A stretch of DNA of 64,000 nucleotides from an uncultured bacterium. Lineage in GTDB: Bacteria > Acidobacteriota > Aminicenantia > Aminicenantales > Saccharicenantaceae. The stretch is taken from positions 2,108-66,107 of the forward strand of contig CALEUG010000003.1 of NCBI GenBank assembly GCA_937920515.1, read 5' to 3'. The position numbers and the translations under genes were made by a program. Numbering within the stretch: the stretch's first letter is position 1; every line of letters starts with the position of its first letter. The notes under the pieces are model-generated. The model was given only the letters and a program-made list of their open reading frames with translations, was not told the origin of the DNA and made no database searches. Shown here in pieces: positions 28,466 through 40,991 of this stretch.

Positions 28466-31045
28466 TCAATCCTCCCGGACCTTGGCAATAGAGCAGACCC
28501 GGTCTTTATCTTCCAGCTGGATCAGCCTGACTCCCTGGGTGGCCCGGCTGAGCGGCCTGATTTCGGTGGTTTTTATCCTGATAACCTTGCCGCTTATGGT
28601 GATTATCAACAGGTCGTCCTCGTTAACCCCGACCATGGCCAGGGCCGGTCCGATCTTGTCGGTAATCTTGAGGTTGATAACACCTTGACCGCCCCGGTTA
28701 TGGGTTGGGTAATCCTCGACCGGGGTTTTCTTGCCGTAGCCGCGTTCAGAGGCGGTAAATATGAACTTGTCTTCGGCCCCGACCACGATCATACTGATGA
28801 CCCGGTCCTTGGGTTTCAGGGTAATGGCCTTGACTCCAGCCGCCTGGCGCCCCATGGGCCTGACCAGCTTCTCCTTGAAACGGATGGCTTTGCCCATCCT
28901 GGTGCCGATGATGATATCATTCTGGCCGCTGGTCAGGGCAGCGGTGAACAGCTGGCTCCTGGGCCTGAGGTTCATGGCGATAATACCGCCACGGCGGACG
29001 TTCTTGAACTCGCTCAGCCTGGTTTTCTTGATCAACCCGGTATCGGTCATGATGACCACGTACTGGTCATCCCGGAATTCCTTGACGGCCAGAATCGACT
29101 GCACCTTTTCATCCGGCTGCATTTCCAGCAGGTTGACTATGGCCTTGCCCCGGCCGGAAGGCCCGACATCTGGCACGTCCAGGGCCTTCAGCCAGTACAT
29201 CCGACCCTTGTTGGTGAAAACCAGAAGGTAAGAATGAGTGGAGCCCACGAACAGGTTCTCCACCACGTCCTCGGCCTTCATCTCGATACCCTTCCGGCCC
29301 TTGCCCCCGCGGCTCTGGTAGCGGTAGGCGCTGAGGGAAGTCCTCTTGATATAGCCGGACTGGGTGTAGACAATGGCCACGTCTTCTTCTTTAATCAAGT
29401 CCTCGGCCTTGATCTCGGTAATCACTTCGTCTCTGATCTCAGTTCGTCTTTCATCCTTATACTGTTCCTTGAGATGCCTGAGTTCATCCTTGATGATCTG
29501 AAGAACCATTTCCGGGTTCTTCAGGATGAGTTTCAGCTGCTTGATCAGGGCCAGAAGTTCCTTGTGCTCCTGCACAATTTTCTGTCTTTCCAGCCCGGTC
29601 AGTCTCTGTAACTGCATTTCCAGTATGGCCTGGGCCTGGATGGCCGTCAGCTTGAACCTGGTCATCAAACCGTTCTTGGCCTCTTCCACCGTCCTGGAAG
29701 ATCGGATCAGGCTGATGACCGCATCCAGGTAATCCAGGGCAATCAGCAGGCCTTCCAGGATATGGGCCCGGTGTTCGGCTTTCTTCAGGTCGTGCTTGGT
29801 GCGCCTGATGATTACATCCCGGCGGTGGGCGATGAAATAGTTCATCATCTCCAGCAGGTTCAACAGCTTGGGTTGCCTGTCGACAATGGCCAGCATGATG
29901 ATGCCGAAGGAGGTCTGCAGAGCCGTGTGCTTGTAAAGGTTGTTGAGGATAATCTCCGGCAGCTCGCCCCGCTTGACTTCAATCACCACCCGTATGCCTT
30001 CCCGGTCAGACTCATCCCTGATGTCGGCAATGCCCTCTATCTTCTTGTTGTTGACCAGGTCGGCAATATTCTCCAGCAGCCGGGCCTTGTTGACACCGTA
30101 AGGAATCTCGGTGATGACAATCCTGTCTCTTTCGCCTTTATCCGCTCGCTCGATGGTGGTCTTGGCCCGGAGGTGGATGACCCCTTTGCCCTCCTGGTAG
30201 GCCTGGCGGATGTTCTGCCGGTTGAAAACATAACCGCCAGTGGGAAAATCCGGCCCGGGGATAAATTTCATTATGTCATCCAGGCTGGCCCCGGGATGGT
30301 CTATGAGATAGACCAGGCCGTCGCAGACTTCGGCCAGGTTGTGAGGCGGAATGTTGGTGGCCATGCCCACGGCTATACCCGAAGCCCCGTTGACCAGCAG
30401 GTTGGGAAACTTGGCCGGCAGGACCTCGGGCATCAGAAGGCTCTCGTCATAGTTGGGAACAAAATTGACCGTGTCCTTCTCTATGTCGGCCAGCAACTCC
30501 TCGGCCAGCCTGGTCATCCGGACCTCGGTATAACGCATGGCCGCCGGAGGGTCGCCGTCGATGGAACCGAAGTTGCCCTGGCCATCCACCAGCGGGTAGC
30601 GCAGGCTGAAGTCCTGGGCCATCCTGACCAGGGCGTCATAAACGGCCACGTCGCCGTGGGGATGGTACTTACCGATTACATCACCCACAATCCTGGCCGA
30701 TTTCTTATAGGGCTTGTTGTGGGTGGTGCTGGTCTCCCACATGGCATAGAGTACGCGCCGGTGGACCGGTTTCAGTCCGTCCTTTATATCCGGAATGGCC
30801 CGACCGATAATGACGCTCAGGGCATAGTCCAGGTAGGACTTCTTCATCTCTTCTTCCAGGCTGACCACGGACAGGCTCTGGGCTATCGGGGCCAGCTGTT
30901 CCTGGCTCTGGAGTTTCCGGGGTTCCGGGCCTGTCTTTTCCGGCTTGCTGGCCGCCGGCCTGGACTGTTCGGGCTTCTCTTCCGGCTTTTCTTTTTTTCT
31001 TTTCCCGGTCTTTTCTGGTTCTGGTTTTCGTTTCTTCGCGGCCAT
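28466..31045 (-). CDS. gyrA: DNA gyrase subunit A
   Basis: [15 protein letters not shown], catalytic AAMRYTE, GyrA-box QSRGGKG, C-terminal beta-pinwheel repeats. Confidence 0.97.
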   Translation of the reverse strand: MAAKKRKPEPEKTGKRKKEKPEEKPEQSRPAASKPEKTGPEPRKLQSQEQLAPIAQSLSVVSLEEEMKKSYLDYALSVIIGRAIPDIKDGLKPVHRRVLYAMWETSTTHNKPYKKSARIVGDVIGKYHPHGDVAVYDALVRMAQDFSLRYPLVDGQGNFGSIDGDPPAAMRYTEVRMTRLAEELLADIEKDTVNFVPNYDESLLMPEVLPAKFPNLLVNGASGIAVGMATNIPPHNLAEVCDGLVYLIDHPGASLDDIMKFIPGPDFPTGGYVFNRQNIRQAYQEGKGVIHLRAKTTIERADKGERDRIVITEIPYGVNKARLLENIADLVNNKKIEGIADIRDESDREGIRVVIEVKRGELPEIILNNLYKHTALQTSFGIIMLAIVDRQPKLLNLLEMMNYFIAHRRDVIIRRTKHDLKKAEHRAHILEGLLIALDYLDAVISLIRSSRTVEEAKNGLMTRFKLTAIQAQAILEMQLQRLTGLERQKIVQEHKELLALIKQLKLILKNPEMVLQIIKDELRHLKEQYKDERRTEIRDEVITEIKAEDLIKEEDVAIVYTQSGYIKRTSLSAYRYQSRGGKGRKGIEMKAEDVVENLFVGSTHSYLLVFTNKGRMYWLKALDVPDVGPSGRGKAIVNLLEMQPDEKVQSILAVKEFRDDQYVVIMTDTGLIKKTRLSEFKNVRRGGIIAMNLRPRSQLFTAALTSGQNDIIIGTRMGKAIRFKEKLVRPMGRQAAGVKAITLKPKDRVISMIVVGAEDKFIFTASERGYGKKTPVEDYPTHNRGGQGVINLKITDKIGPALAMVGVNEDDLLIITISGKVIRIKTTEIRPLSRATQGVRLIQLEDKDRVCSIAKVRED

Positions 31046-31080
31046 CAGTTCAACCTTTCCCTTAAATCTTTATGACCGTG

Positions 31081-33546
<2,466 letters not shown>

Positions 33547-33787
33547 TTATAGCTTAATTCACTCTAAAAGTAAAGAAAAAATTGACCCGAAAGTGGCTTT
33601 TTTCTTGTATCTATATTATTTATTATCTTATGTTTATAAATGATGCGGCCGGACCAGAAGCCTGTTTGCCATTTTCCGGGCAAAAATTGATTAATTTTAC
33701 CGGCAGAAAAGAGAAAAGATAGCTATTCTGGCGACTTAAAAAACCGCTGGATCTAAGTTAAAATAGGTTATCTCTGGAGGTCAAAAA

Positions 33788-34777
33788 GTGCCGGCCAACC
33801 TGCCGCCCGAATACTTCGAAGTGGAAAAAACCCTGCGCCAGGCCAGGACTGCCGAAGAGAAAATTGCCATTATGGAAAAGTTGCTGTCCATCATTCCCCG
33901 GCACAAGGGCACAGAAAAACTGGTGGCTCTGTACCGTTCTAAGATTGCCAGGCTGAAAGAAGAAATCGAGCAGCGACCGGCGACCAGAAAAGGACCGCTT
34001 TTCCGGATTGAAAAATCAGGGGCTGGCCAGGTCATAGTCATCGGCCCGCCTAACGCCGGCAAGTCAGCCCTCATCCAGGCCCTGACGGGAGTGGAGGTTG
34101 AAGTGGCCGACTTTCCCTTCACCACCAGGATGGCCGCGCCCTACATGATGCCCTTCGAAAACATCAAGATCCAGCTCATCGACACCCCGCCTATCACTGC
34201 TGACTACCTGGAATCCTGGCTGGTCGAGATGGTCAAGATGGCCGAGGCGGTGCTGGTGGTTCTGGATGCCAGCAGCCCCGACTCTTCGGCCCAGCTGGAA
34301 ACGATCATCAACCGCCTCCAGGAAAAAAAGGTTGAACTTGTCCCCGGGGAAACGATTATCCCGCCAGAAAAATTCCCTTTCGTGAAGAGGACTCTTCTGG
34401 TCTTAAACAAAAGCGACCTTCGGGGAGCCGGGACTCTCCTGGAAGAGCTGGATATCCTGTTCGGAAAAAAACTGGACAGACTCCCGGTCTCAGCCTCAAC
34501 GACGGAGGGGCTGGAGACCTTGCGACGCCTGGTATTCGACCTGTTGCAGATTGTCAGGGTTTACAGCAAAGTCCCCGGGAAAAAACCAGATTATGAATCG
34601 CCGTTCATCCTGAAAAAAGGCAGCAACATAATGGACCTGGCCCGGCAGGTTCACAAGGATTTTGCCGAGAGGCTCAGCTACACCCGGGTCTGGAACAAAC
34701 AGGGCACGATTAACGGCCTGCGGGTGACCCGCGATTACCTGCTAAACGATGAAGATACCGTTGAGCTGCACCTCTGA
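33788..34777 (+). CDS. OBG/DRG-type GTPase with C-terminal TGS domain
   Basis: MPANLPPEY..., PRHKGTEKL, G1 GPPNAGKS, G2 DFPFTT, G3 DTPP, G4 NKSD, TGS tail (VHKDF...L.DEDTVELH); SD GGAGG. Confidence 0.9.
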   Translation: MPANLPPEYFEVEKTLRQARTAEEKIAIMEKLLSIIPRHKGTEKLVALYRSKIARLKEEIEQRPATRKGPLFRIEKSGAGQVIVIGPPNAGKSALIQALTGVEVEVADFPFTTRMAAPYMMPFENIKIQLIDTPPITADYLESWLVEMVKMAEAVLVVLDASSPDSSAQLETIINRLQEKKVELVPGETIIPPEKFPFVKRTLLVLNKSDLRGAGTLLEELDILFGKKLDRLPVSASTTEGLETLRRLVFDLLQIVRVYSKVPGKKPDYESPFILKKGSNIMDLARQVHKDFAERLSYTRVWNKQGTINGLRVTRDYLLNDEDTVELHL

Positions 34778-34944
34778 AAATTCACGGCAGCCAGTCATAA
34801 ACCAATAGCGGGAACAAACGGACCTGAAATTTCATGGAGCAGAGGCCGGCAGCTATCGCTTCTGTCTGACAGTGTAACCAGCAGGCTCTTAATCTAAATC
34901 TAACTTCAAGGATAAATGAATTTCCATGTCCCGCCGTTTCCGCC

Positions 34945-36492
34945 TTATCTCAGGCTTTCGGCCGGGGCGCTGGCCAGCTCCATAACCGCCAGGAACATCA
35001 GCCTGGCCATATCCTCGAGCATCTCGGGGTTGATCAGACTGATATTATCCCGGGTGTTATGATAGGTCGGATAAGGAAGCTTCAAGCCGGAAGTGGAAAA
35101 TGACAGCGAAGGAATATTCCTGTCCATGAACCTGGCCGCATCCAGCCTGGGCCGGGTCAGGTTGGCCCAGTAATTGGTGCCCATCTCCCGGTGCAGATAG
35201 GTGGCGTTGGCCTTTTCAAAAGGAGCATACAGCCATGGGAAATTCTTCCCGGCCAGGGCAAAAATCCGCTCCCCGCTGCCCACTCCATCCAGGTTTATAA
35301 GCCCCATGGTTTTTTCAATGGGGAAGACCGGGTTCTGCAGGTAGTACTCGGAACCTTTCACACCCTGTTCCTCGGCTCCAAAGAAGGCAAACAGGATGGT
35401 TCTCTTCGGTTTTATTTCGCACTTGCTGATGGCCTCAGCCAGACCGAGCATGACAGCCACGGCCGAGGCATTGTCGTTGGCCCCCGGCATCAATTCCGGG
35501 AAAAGCCCCAGGTGGTCGAGATGCCCGCCGATTATGATGACCTCATCCCTGAGCACGGGGTCGGTGCCGGTTATTTTACCCAGCACGTTATAACCAACGC
35601 CTTCCGGATGATGCTCGGTCTTGTTTCTTATGGTGAAAACCTTGCCGGTGGCAAAAGACTGTGGTTTCAGGTCGGTCCTTATTTTCTCCACGGTAGCCTG
35701 GTAGCTGCGGCCGGTGCCGGCGAAGATGTCATCAACCACGGTCCGGCCGACATGGCTGTAGATAAATCCTTCGATATAATCGTTGTTGGGGTTGCAGATC
35801 GGTCCATAATAATACAGCATTCCCCTGGCCCCGTGGGCGGCCGCATTCTGCAGCTTGTACTGGTGGAAAGAGTAGGGGCGCCACTTCTTAAAGGTCTCGG
35901 GGTCTTTGTCCGGGCTGTAAGGAACTTCATTTTCCATCAGGACAATTTTCCCACGAACATCGACTCCCCGGTAATCATCGTAACCCAGCTCGGGAGCGGT
36001 AATTCCATAACCCACGTAAACCACTTCGGCCGTGACCTCGCCCGAGGCCGAGGTGCCGCCGGGAAAATATTCATCTTCATAGAGATAATACTTTTTGACC
36101 GTGGCCTGATTCTTCGGGTCGGCTTTGCCGACCCTGAGATGCATGGATACCTCGCCCCTATCCAGTATCAGGGTGTAGGGATTGGGAAACGCCTGGAGGT
36201 AGGTCCCATTATCTCCGGCCGGCTCCACTCCCCACTCTTTCAACCTGGTGATGACCCATTCGGCCGAAAGGTTATAACCCTCAGTCCCGGTCAGGCGGCC
36301 GGTGTATTTTTCCGAGGTCAGTTCCCTGACATGCTCAAAAAGCGTGTGGCTGGAAATGGTATGGAATACCCGCAGCAACTTCTGGCTGTCGTCGGCGGGG
36401 CGAGTTTGAGCCGGAGCGGCCAACGGCTTAAGGTAAAAGGCCAGCACCAGAACAACCAGCCAGCTTTCAATTTTTCTGAAGTGATTTTTCAT
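34945..36492 (-). CDS. Exported M28-family aminopeptidase with PA domain
   Basis: Signal peptide; GRLTGT, VYVGYGI..P, DVRGKIV, GHLDH, GANDNAS, GAEE, NLD, YHN. Confidence 0.9.
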   Translation of the reverse strand: MKNHFRKIESWLVVLVLAFYLKPLAAPAQTRPADDSQKLLRVFHTISSHTLFEHVRELTSEKYTGRLTGTEGYNLSAEWVITRLKEWGVEPAGDNGTYLQAFPNPYTLILDRGEVSMHLRVGKADPKNQATVKKYYLYEDEYFPGGTSASGEVTAEVVYVGYGITAPELGYDDYRGVDVRGKIVLMENEVPYSPDKDPETFKKWRPYSFHQYKLQNAAAHGARGMLYYYGPICNPNNDYIEGFIYSHVGRTVVDDIFAGTGRSYQATVEKIRTDLKPQSFATGKVFTIRNKTEHHPEGVGYNVLGKITGTDPVLRDEVIIIGGHLDHLGLFPELMPGANDNASAVAVMLGLAEAISKCEIKPKRTILFAFFGAEEQGVKGSEYYLQNPVFPIEKTMGLINLDGVGSGERIFALAGKNFPWLYAPFEKANATYLHREMGTNYWANLTRPRLDAARFMDRNIPSLSFSTSGLKLPYPTYHNTRDNISLINPEMLEDMARLMFLAVMELASAPAESLR

Positions 36493-36754
36493 AGCGCCTC
36501 TCCCTGCTTAAATCTCAAGGAAAGTATATTACCGCAGATTGCGAGCCGGTGTAAAAAAATTTCTAAAAGCAGGAAGAGTTTCTGAGTCCGTGAATGGCGG
36601 CAGTATTTACAGAAGGGCGGCACGGCCTTTATCTCCCGAGACCCGCAGACCAGGAGCCTCCTCACCGGGCGATATTGGAGCCAGGGCAGAGAGGGGCATG
36701 CCGTGGCCAGAACCTTCATCCAGTATTGGCCATCAAAATAAACAGAGCAGCCTG

Positions 36755-36778
36755 ATATATGAAGAGTTATTCATATAT
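36755..36778. promoter_or_regulatory. Palindromic operator-like site ATATATGAA-N6-TTCATATAT (ArsR/SmtB-like)
   Basis: Perfect 9-bp inverted arms with a 6-nt spacer; same arms recur at 62318-62341. Confidence 0.6.
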
Positions 36779-36898
36779 GAATTCCAGGCTTTCTCCAACA
36801 TCAGCCATCAAAAACAAAGGCACACTCCTCCAAGTCGGTTCATATTTTTTGCCCCTCACCCGCTCCTTTTTTCGCTTCATTCAGAGGCGGAGCCGGAT

Positions 36899-37726
36899 TT
36901 ATATTCTGAAGGACAGACCTCCGCGGAAAAGAAACCCGTCAAAGATTCCAACGTCGGCCACCAGGTTCAAGGTCCTGGACAGCCTGGCTCTCAGTCCCAG
37001 GTTAAATTGAAAGATCGGTAAAAAATTAAGCGGGAAGTCTCTGCCCTCTGCCAGGCGTTCGTCCTTGATCTGTCTCAGCGTCTTGCTGTCAGATTCGGAG
37101 TACTGTTCGATGGAACTGTCGGGGAGGGTCAGTGTTCCGCTGTATTCGTATCTGTAACGGGCATCCAAAAAGCTCCTGGAGGTGGAAATACCGGCGCCTA
37201 TGGTCAGGCAGGGAGAAATAACTCTGGAAGGCAGAAATTCCCAGCGCATGTTGAGATGAAAGGATAGCGGCTTGATGACGAATTCCCCGCCGGCCTGGCC
37301 GTTGAAGGTGGCTGGCTGGTTGAGGTTGAGGTCGATGAGGTCCAGCCTGGCGGTCACCGAGGGAAAGGAGATTTTCATGGTGGTCTGCTCGACGGCCAGC
37401 CCGAGGCTGAAGGCCCCACCCCGTCCCCCCGGATAAAAACGGAGTTCAAACCCCACGTTATGGCCCGGAGCATCAAAGTTGACATCCTGCTGGTAGCCGC
37501 TCTCGACCAGGGTCGGATAATCTGCCTGAATCTGTTTTAGGAAGCGGTCTTTGAGGTCGCTCTTCAGGGTATCGCTGACCATTTTCTCCACCAGGCCCCT
37601 GACCACGTTCAGCGTCCAGTAGGAATAATGGACGTTAAACTCCAGGTGACCATCGGCCAGAAGCGGAGAAGATAAAACGTATAGAAGAAACAGGGCGCCT
37701 GTAATTCTGACTGCCGTTTTTGGCAT
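36899..37726 (-). CDS. Hypothetical exported protein, probable small outer-membrane beta-barrel
   Basis: Signal peptide; amphipathic strands (VGFELRFY, FSLGLAVE, FHLNMRWEF, FQFNLGLRARL) and terminal strand FLFRGGLSFRI; SD AGGAGG. Confidence 0.7.
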   Translation of the reverse strand: MPKTAVRITGALFLLYVLSSPLLADGHLEFNVHYSYWTLNVVRGLVEKMVSDTLKSDLKDRFLKQIQADYPTLVESGYQQDVNFDAPGHNVGFELRFYPGGRGGAFSLGLAVEQTTMKISFPSVTARLDLIDLNLNQPATFNGQAGGEFVIKPLSFHLNMRWEFLPSRVISPCLTIGAGISTSRSFLDARYRYEYSGTLTLPDSSIEQYSESDSKTLRQIKDERLAEGRDFPLNFLPIFQFNLGLRARLSRTLNLVADVGIFDGFLFRGGLSFRI

Positions 37727-37888
37727 GTCGCAGCCTCCTTTTCACTCATTTTATCCCACGCCGTCTCTGGAAAGTCAAGCCTTCTTGCCGGCCTGGCAAT
37801 TTAACGACCTCTTTTTTTCAGCCGGCCACTATTGATTTGATTATTTTTTACCTATCTGATATCGTAAACTCCTATTCGGAGGTAGAAA

Positions 37889-38461
37889 ATGAATAAATGT
37901 CTTTTCATTTTTTTCAGCCTGCTCCTCGTCTTCTCCCTGAGCTCCCTGCTGGCGGCCAACCCAAGGGTCCTGATGAAAACCACCAAGGGAGACATAGTGA
38001 TCGAGCTCTACGCTGATAAAGCCCCGATTACCGTCAAGAATTTCCTGAATTATGTCGGAGACAGGTTCTACGACGGGACCATTTTTCATCGGGTTATCAA
38101 GGGATTCATGGTCCAGGGTGGCGGCCTGACCCCCGACCTGCAGACCAGGCCGGAAAAACGGCCACCCATAAAGAACGAGGCCAACAACGGCCTGAAAAAC
38201 CTGCGTGGCACAATCGCCATGGCCAGGACGGCTGAAATCGACAGCGCCACCTGCCAGTTCTTCATCAACCTGGTGGACAATCCCTTCCTCGACCACGTGC
38301 CCAACGACCCCAAGAAGTTCGGTTACGCCGTTTTCGGCAAGGTTGTCCAGGGGATGGAAGTGGTCGACGCCATCGCCGAGGTGCCCACCACCACCAAGGG
38401 GATGTACCGCGACGTCCCGGTTGAACCGATCGTTATCATTTCTGTTACCAGGATCCAGTAA
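37889..38461 (+). CDS. ppiA: Periplasmic cyclophilin-type peptidyl-prolyl isomerase
   Basis: Signal peptide; [47 protein letters not shown]. Confidence 0.93.
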   Translation: MNKCLFIFFSLLLVFSLSSLLAANPRVLMKTTKGDIVIELYADKAPITVKNFLNYVGDRFYDGTIFHRVIKGFMVQGGGLTPDLQTRPEKRPPIKNEANNGLKNLRGTIAMARTAEIDSATCQFFINLVDNPFLDHVPNDPKKFGYAVFGKVVQGMEVVDAIAEVPTTTKGMYRDVPVEPIVIISVTRIQ

Positions 38462-38510
38462 ATTGAACGCCGGCTGGCCTTGAGGTTCCAGCCCGATAAC
38501 GACCGGATAG

Positions 38511-38720
38511 ATGTTTGAATGGCTGTTTGCTTTTGTGCACCTGGCTCTTTTCCTGGCACTTCTTGCTTATTCTATATTGAACCTGGCAAAGGGCCGCTGG
38601 CTGGCCGGAGCGGTTCTCCTGGCTTTCCTGGTTGCCTATTATTTTATTGTCCTCCATCCGGCAGTTCTTAAAGAAATAAGCCGAAAGAAAAAGAAAACCA
38701 ATAAGATAAGAAAAAATTAA
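38511..38720 (+). CDS. Small two-TM membrane protein
   Basis: 69-aa ORF filling the gap between co-directional genes; two hydrophobic segments and a Lys-rich tail. Confidence 0.6.
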   Translation: MFEWLFAFVHLALFLALLAYSILNLAKGRWLAGAVLLAFLVAYYFIVLHPAVLKEISRKKKKTNKIRKN

Positions 38721-38821
38721 TTTATCGAAGGAGTCAGTCTGAGGCGCCGGCAATTTTGCCTTCAGCCTGAACCCGGTCCTGTGATATAATTGCTCTAAAA
38801 TTTTAGCTGGAGAGAAACCTT

Positions 38822-40318
38822 ATGAACACTAACCCGGACCTTAAAAGAAGAACAATCTGTCTGACCTTAGTCCTGGTACTTACTCTATCTGTCTTTAGCC
38901 GGCTGTCCGCGGCCGAACTGCCCGCCCGTCTCCAGAAGGCGGTTCAAAGCATAGACCCGCTCCTGGCCTACCAGCTCACCAGAACCATGGCCTCGGAAGA
39001 ATTTGCCGGCCGCCTGACCGGCCACGAAGGCTACACCAGGGCAGCCCGCTGGGCCGCAGCCAAATTCAAGGAATGGGGCCTCAGACCGCTCGATGCCAGG
39101 AACGGTTATCTACAGCCCTATCCCTCTCCCTATACCATCATAGACCAGGCCTCAATGACTCTTCACCTGCCGGGCAAGACCGGAAGTGACGGCCAGCCTC
39201 AATATGAAACGGTGGAGCTGAAGCCAGAAAAGGATTTCCTGCCGCTTCTTTACTCGGACTCAGGAAACCACACGGCCGGCCTGGTCTTTGCCGGCTGGGG
39301 TATCTCCGCTCCTGAACTCAACTATGACGATTATGCCGGAGTGGATGTAAAGGGCAAGTTTGTTCTCTGTTTCCGCGGCACGCCGGACCCGGGCCGGCGC
39401 GAGTTCCAGCACCACGACGAACACCGGACCAGGATGAAGGTGGCCAGAGATAAAGGAGCCCTCGGTCTTATCTACATTTATCCCGAAGCCCAGGCCAACC
39501 CCAACGGTGACTGGTTGTCCGGTTTCATGCCAGGCATGATAACCGAAAAAACTGCCGACCTGGTTTTCAAAGAAATCAATTCCACCACGGCCGAATTGAA
39601 AAAAGCGCTGCAGACCTTCAAGCGGCCCATTTCCTTCGACCTCAAGGCCCGTCTGTCTTACCGGGTGAGCTCCAGGCATTTCCCCGAGGCCATCGGCTAT
39701 AACATCGCCGGCTGGGTGGAAGGCTCCGACCCGAAGCTGAAGAAAGAACTGATCATCATCGGCGGCCATTTCGACCATTGCGGCCAGCACCTGGGCCTTC
39801 TCTTTCCGGGGGCAGATGACAATGCCAGCGGCTCGGCCGTGGTGATGACCCTGGCCAAAACTTTTGCTTCCCTGAACCCGAAGCCCAAAAGGTCGGTCAT
39901 GTTTGTACTTTTCGGAGGCGAAGAGCTGGGCCTGCAGGGTTCCACCTACTTTGCCGACCATCTTCCGGCCGGTTTTAACCGGGTGGTGGCCATGTTCAAC
40001 TTTGATATGGTAGGTGCAGGTGACGGCGCCTGGTGCGGGGTCAGCGCCGAGCCACCCTCACTCAAAGAAGCCATCGAAAAAGCCAACCAGGAAATAAACA
40101 TCATAAGGGGCTACGGGGTGATCAGGAACATCGGGGTCAGGAGTTCAGATTTCGCGCCATTCTTCCAGAAGGGGATTCCCTGCGCCAGTCTCGGCTCCAA
40201 TGGACCCCATCTGGCCTACCATGGAACTGGCGATACCATCTACCGCATCAACCCCGAGATCATGGGCAGCATCGCCCGGGTATCTTTCCTGGCAGTCTAT
40301 TTCCTGGCTGAAAAATAG
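38822..40318 (+). CDS. Exported M28-family aminopeptidase with PA domain
   Basis: Signal peptide; GRLTGH, VFAGWGI..P, GHFDH, GADDNASG, GGEE, NFDM, YHG; extended -10 TGaTATAAT at 38782-38790. Confidence 0.9.
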   Translation: MNTNPDLKRRTICLTLVLVLTLSVFSRLSAAELPARLQKAVQSIDPLLAYQLTRTMASEEFAGRLTGHEGYTRAARWAAAKFKEWGLRPLDARNGYLQPYPSPYTIIDQASMTLHLPGKTGSDGQPQYETVELKPEKDFLPLLYSDSGNHTAGLVFAGWGISAPELNYDDYAGVDVKGKFVLCFRGTPDPGRREFQHHDEHRTRMKVARDKGALGLIYIYPEAQANPNGDWLSGFMPGMITEKTADLVFKEINSTTAELKKALQTFKRPISFDLKARLSYRVSSRHFPEAIGYNIAGWVEGSDPKLKKELIIIGGHFDHCGQHLGLLFPGADDNASGSAVVMTLAKTFASLNPKPKRSVMFVLFGGEELGLQGSTYFADHLPAGFNRVVAMFNFDMVGAGDGAWCGVSAEPPSLKEAIEKANQEINIIRGYGVIRNIGVRSSDFAPFFQKGIPCASLGSNGPHLAYHGTGDTIYRINPEIMGSIARVSFLAVYFLAEK

Positions 40319-40349
40319 CTTTACAATAATAAAAGGTGAGGCTGAGAAA

Positions 40350-40991
40350 ATGAGAATAGCCAGAGAAGGTTCAATATTTTACCTGCCATCACTCGTTGTT
40401 TTTTTCCTGACCCTGGTACTCGGCTGGTGGCTGGCCAGCCTGTTTTTCCTGCTGCTATCAGCGGCTTTTCTTTTCTTCTTCCGCGACCCGGACAGGCAGC
40501 CGCCGCCGGGCGAGAACCTGGTGCTGTCGCCGGCCGACGGACAGGTTATAAAAATAGAAGAATTTCCCAGTCATCCGGACCTGGCCGGTTCCGGGACAGT
40601 CGTCAGCATCTTTCTCTCTCTGCTCGACGTTCATTTCACCCGCTCTCCCTTCTCGGCCGAGGTTAAAAGAGTTGATTACCGGCCCGGCAAATTTTTCCCG
40701 GCCTACCGGAAAGAAGCCAGCAGCCAGAATGAATCCAGCAGCCTGTTATTGCACGGAGAAAGGGGCCCGGTCTTCTTAAAGCAGATGGTCGGGATTGCTG
40801 CCAGGCGCATAAAATGTTATGTTAAGCCCGGAGACAGAGTGGCCGCCGGGCAGAAAATCGGCCTGATGTATTTTGGCTCGCGGGTTGATCTCTACTTGCC
40901 CGACCGGGTTGACCTTAAAGTTGGTCTGAACCAGAAAGTTAAAGGCGGCCTGACCATCATCGGAGAGTGGCGAGATGAAAGTCAGAATTAA
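40350..40991 (+). CDS. psd: Phosphatidylserine decarboxylase proenzyme
   Basis: FFRDPDR, LSPADG, SIFLS..DVH..RSP, NE, and FGSRVD self-cleavage motif; start at ATG 40350. Confidence 0.92.
   Translation: MRIAREGSIFYLPSLVVFFLTLVLGWWLASLFFLLLSAAFLFFFRDPDRQPPPGENLVLSPADGQVIKIEEFPSHPDLAGSGTVVSIFLSLLDVHFTRSPFSAEVKRVDYRPGKFFPAYRKEASSQNESSSLLLHGERGPVFLKQMVGIAARRIKCYVKPGDRVAAGQKIGLMYFGSRVDLYLPDRVDLKVGLNQKVKGGLTIIGEWRDESQN

Noticed and set aside
36489-37021. Small ORFs between the M28 peptidase and the barrel gene, and 62322-62600
   Set aside because: No SD or recognisable motifs; two of them start at the ATG embedded in the palindromic motif, which explains their appearance.
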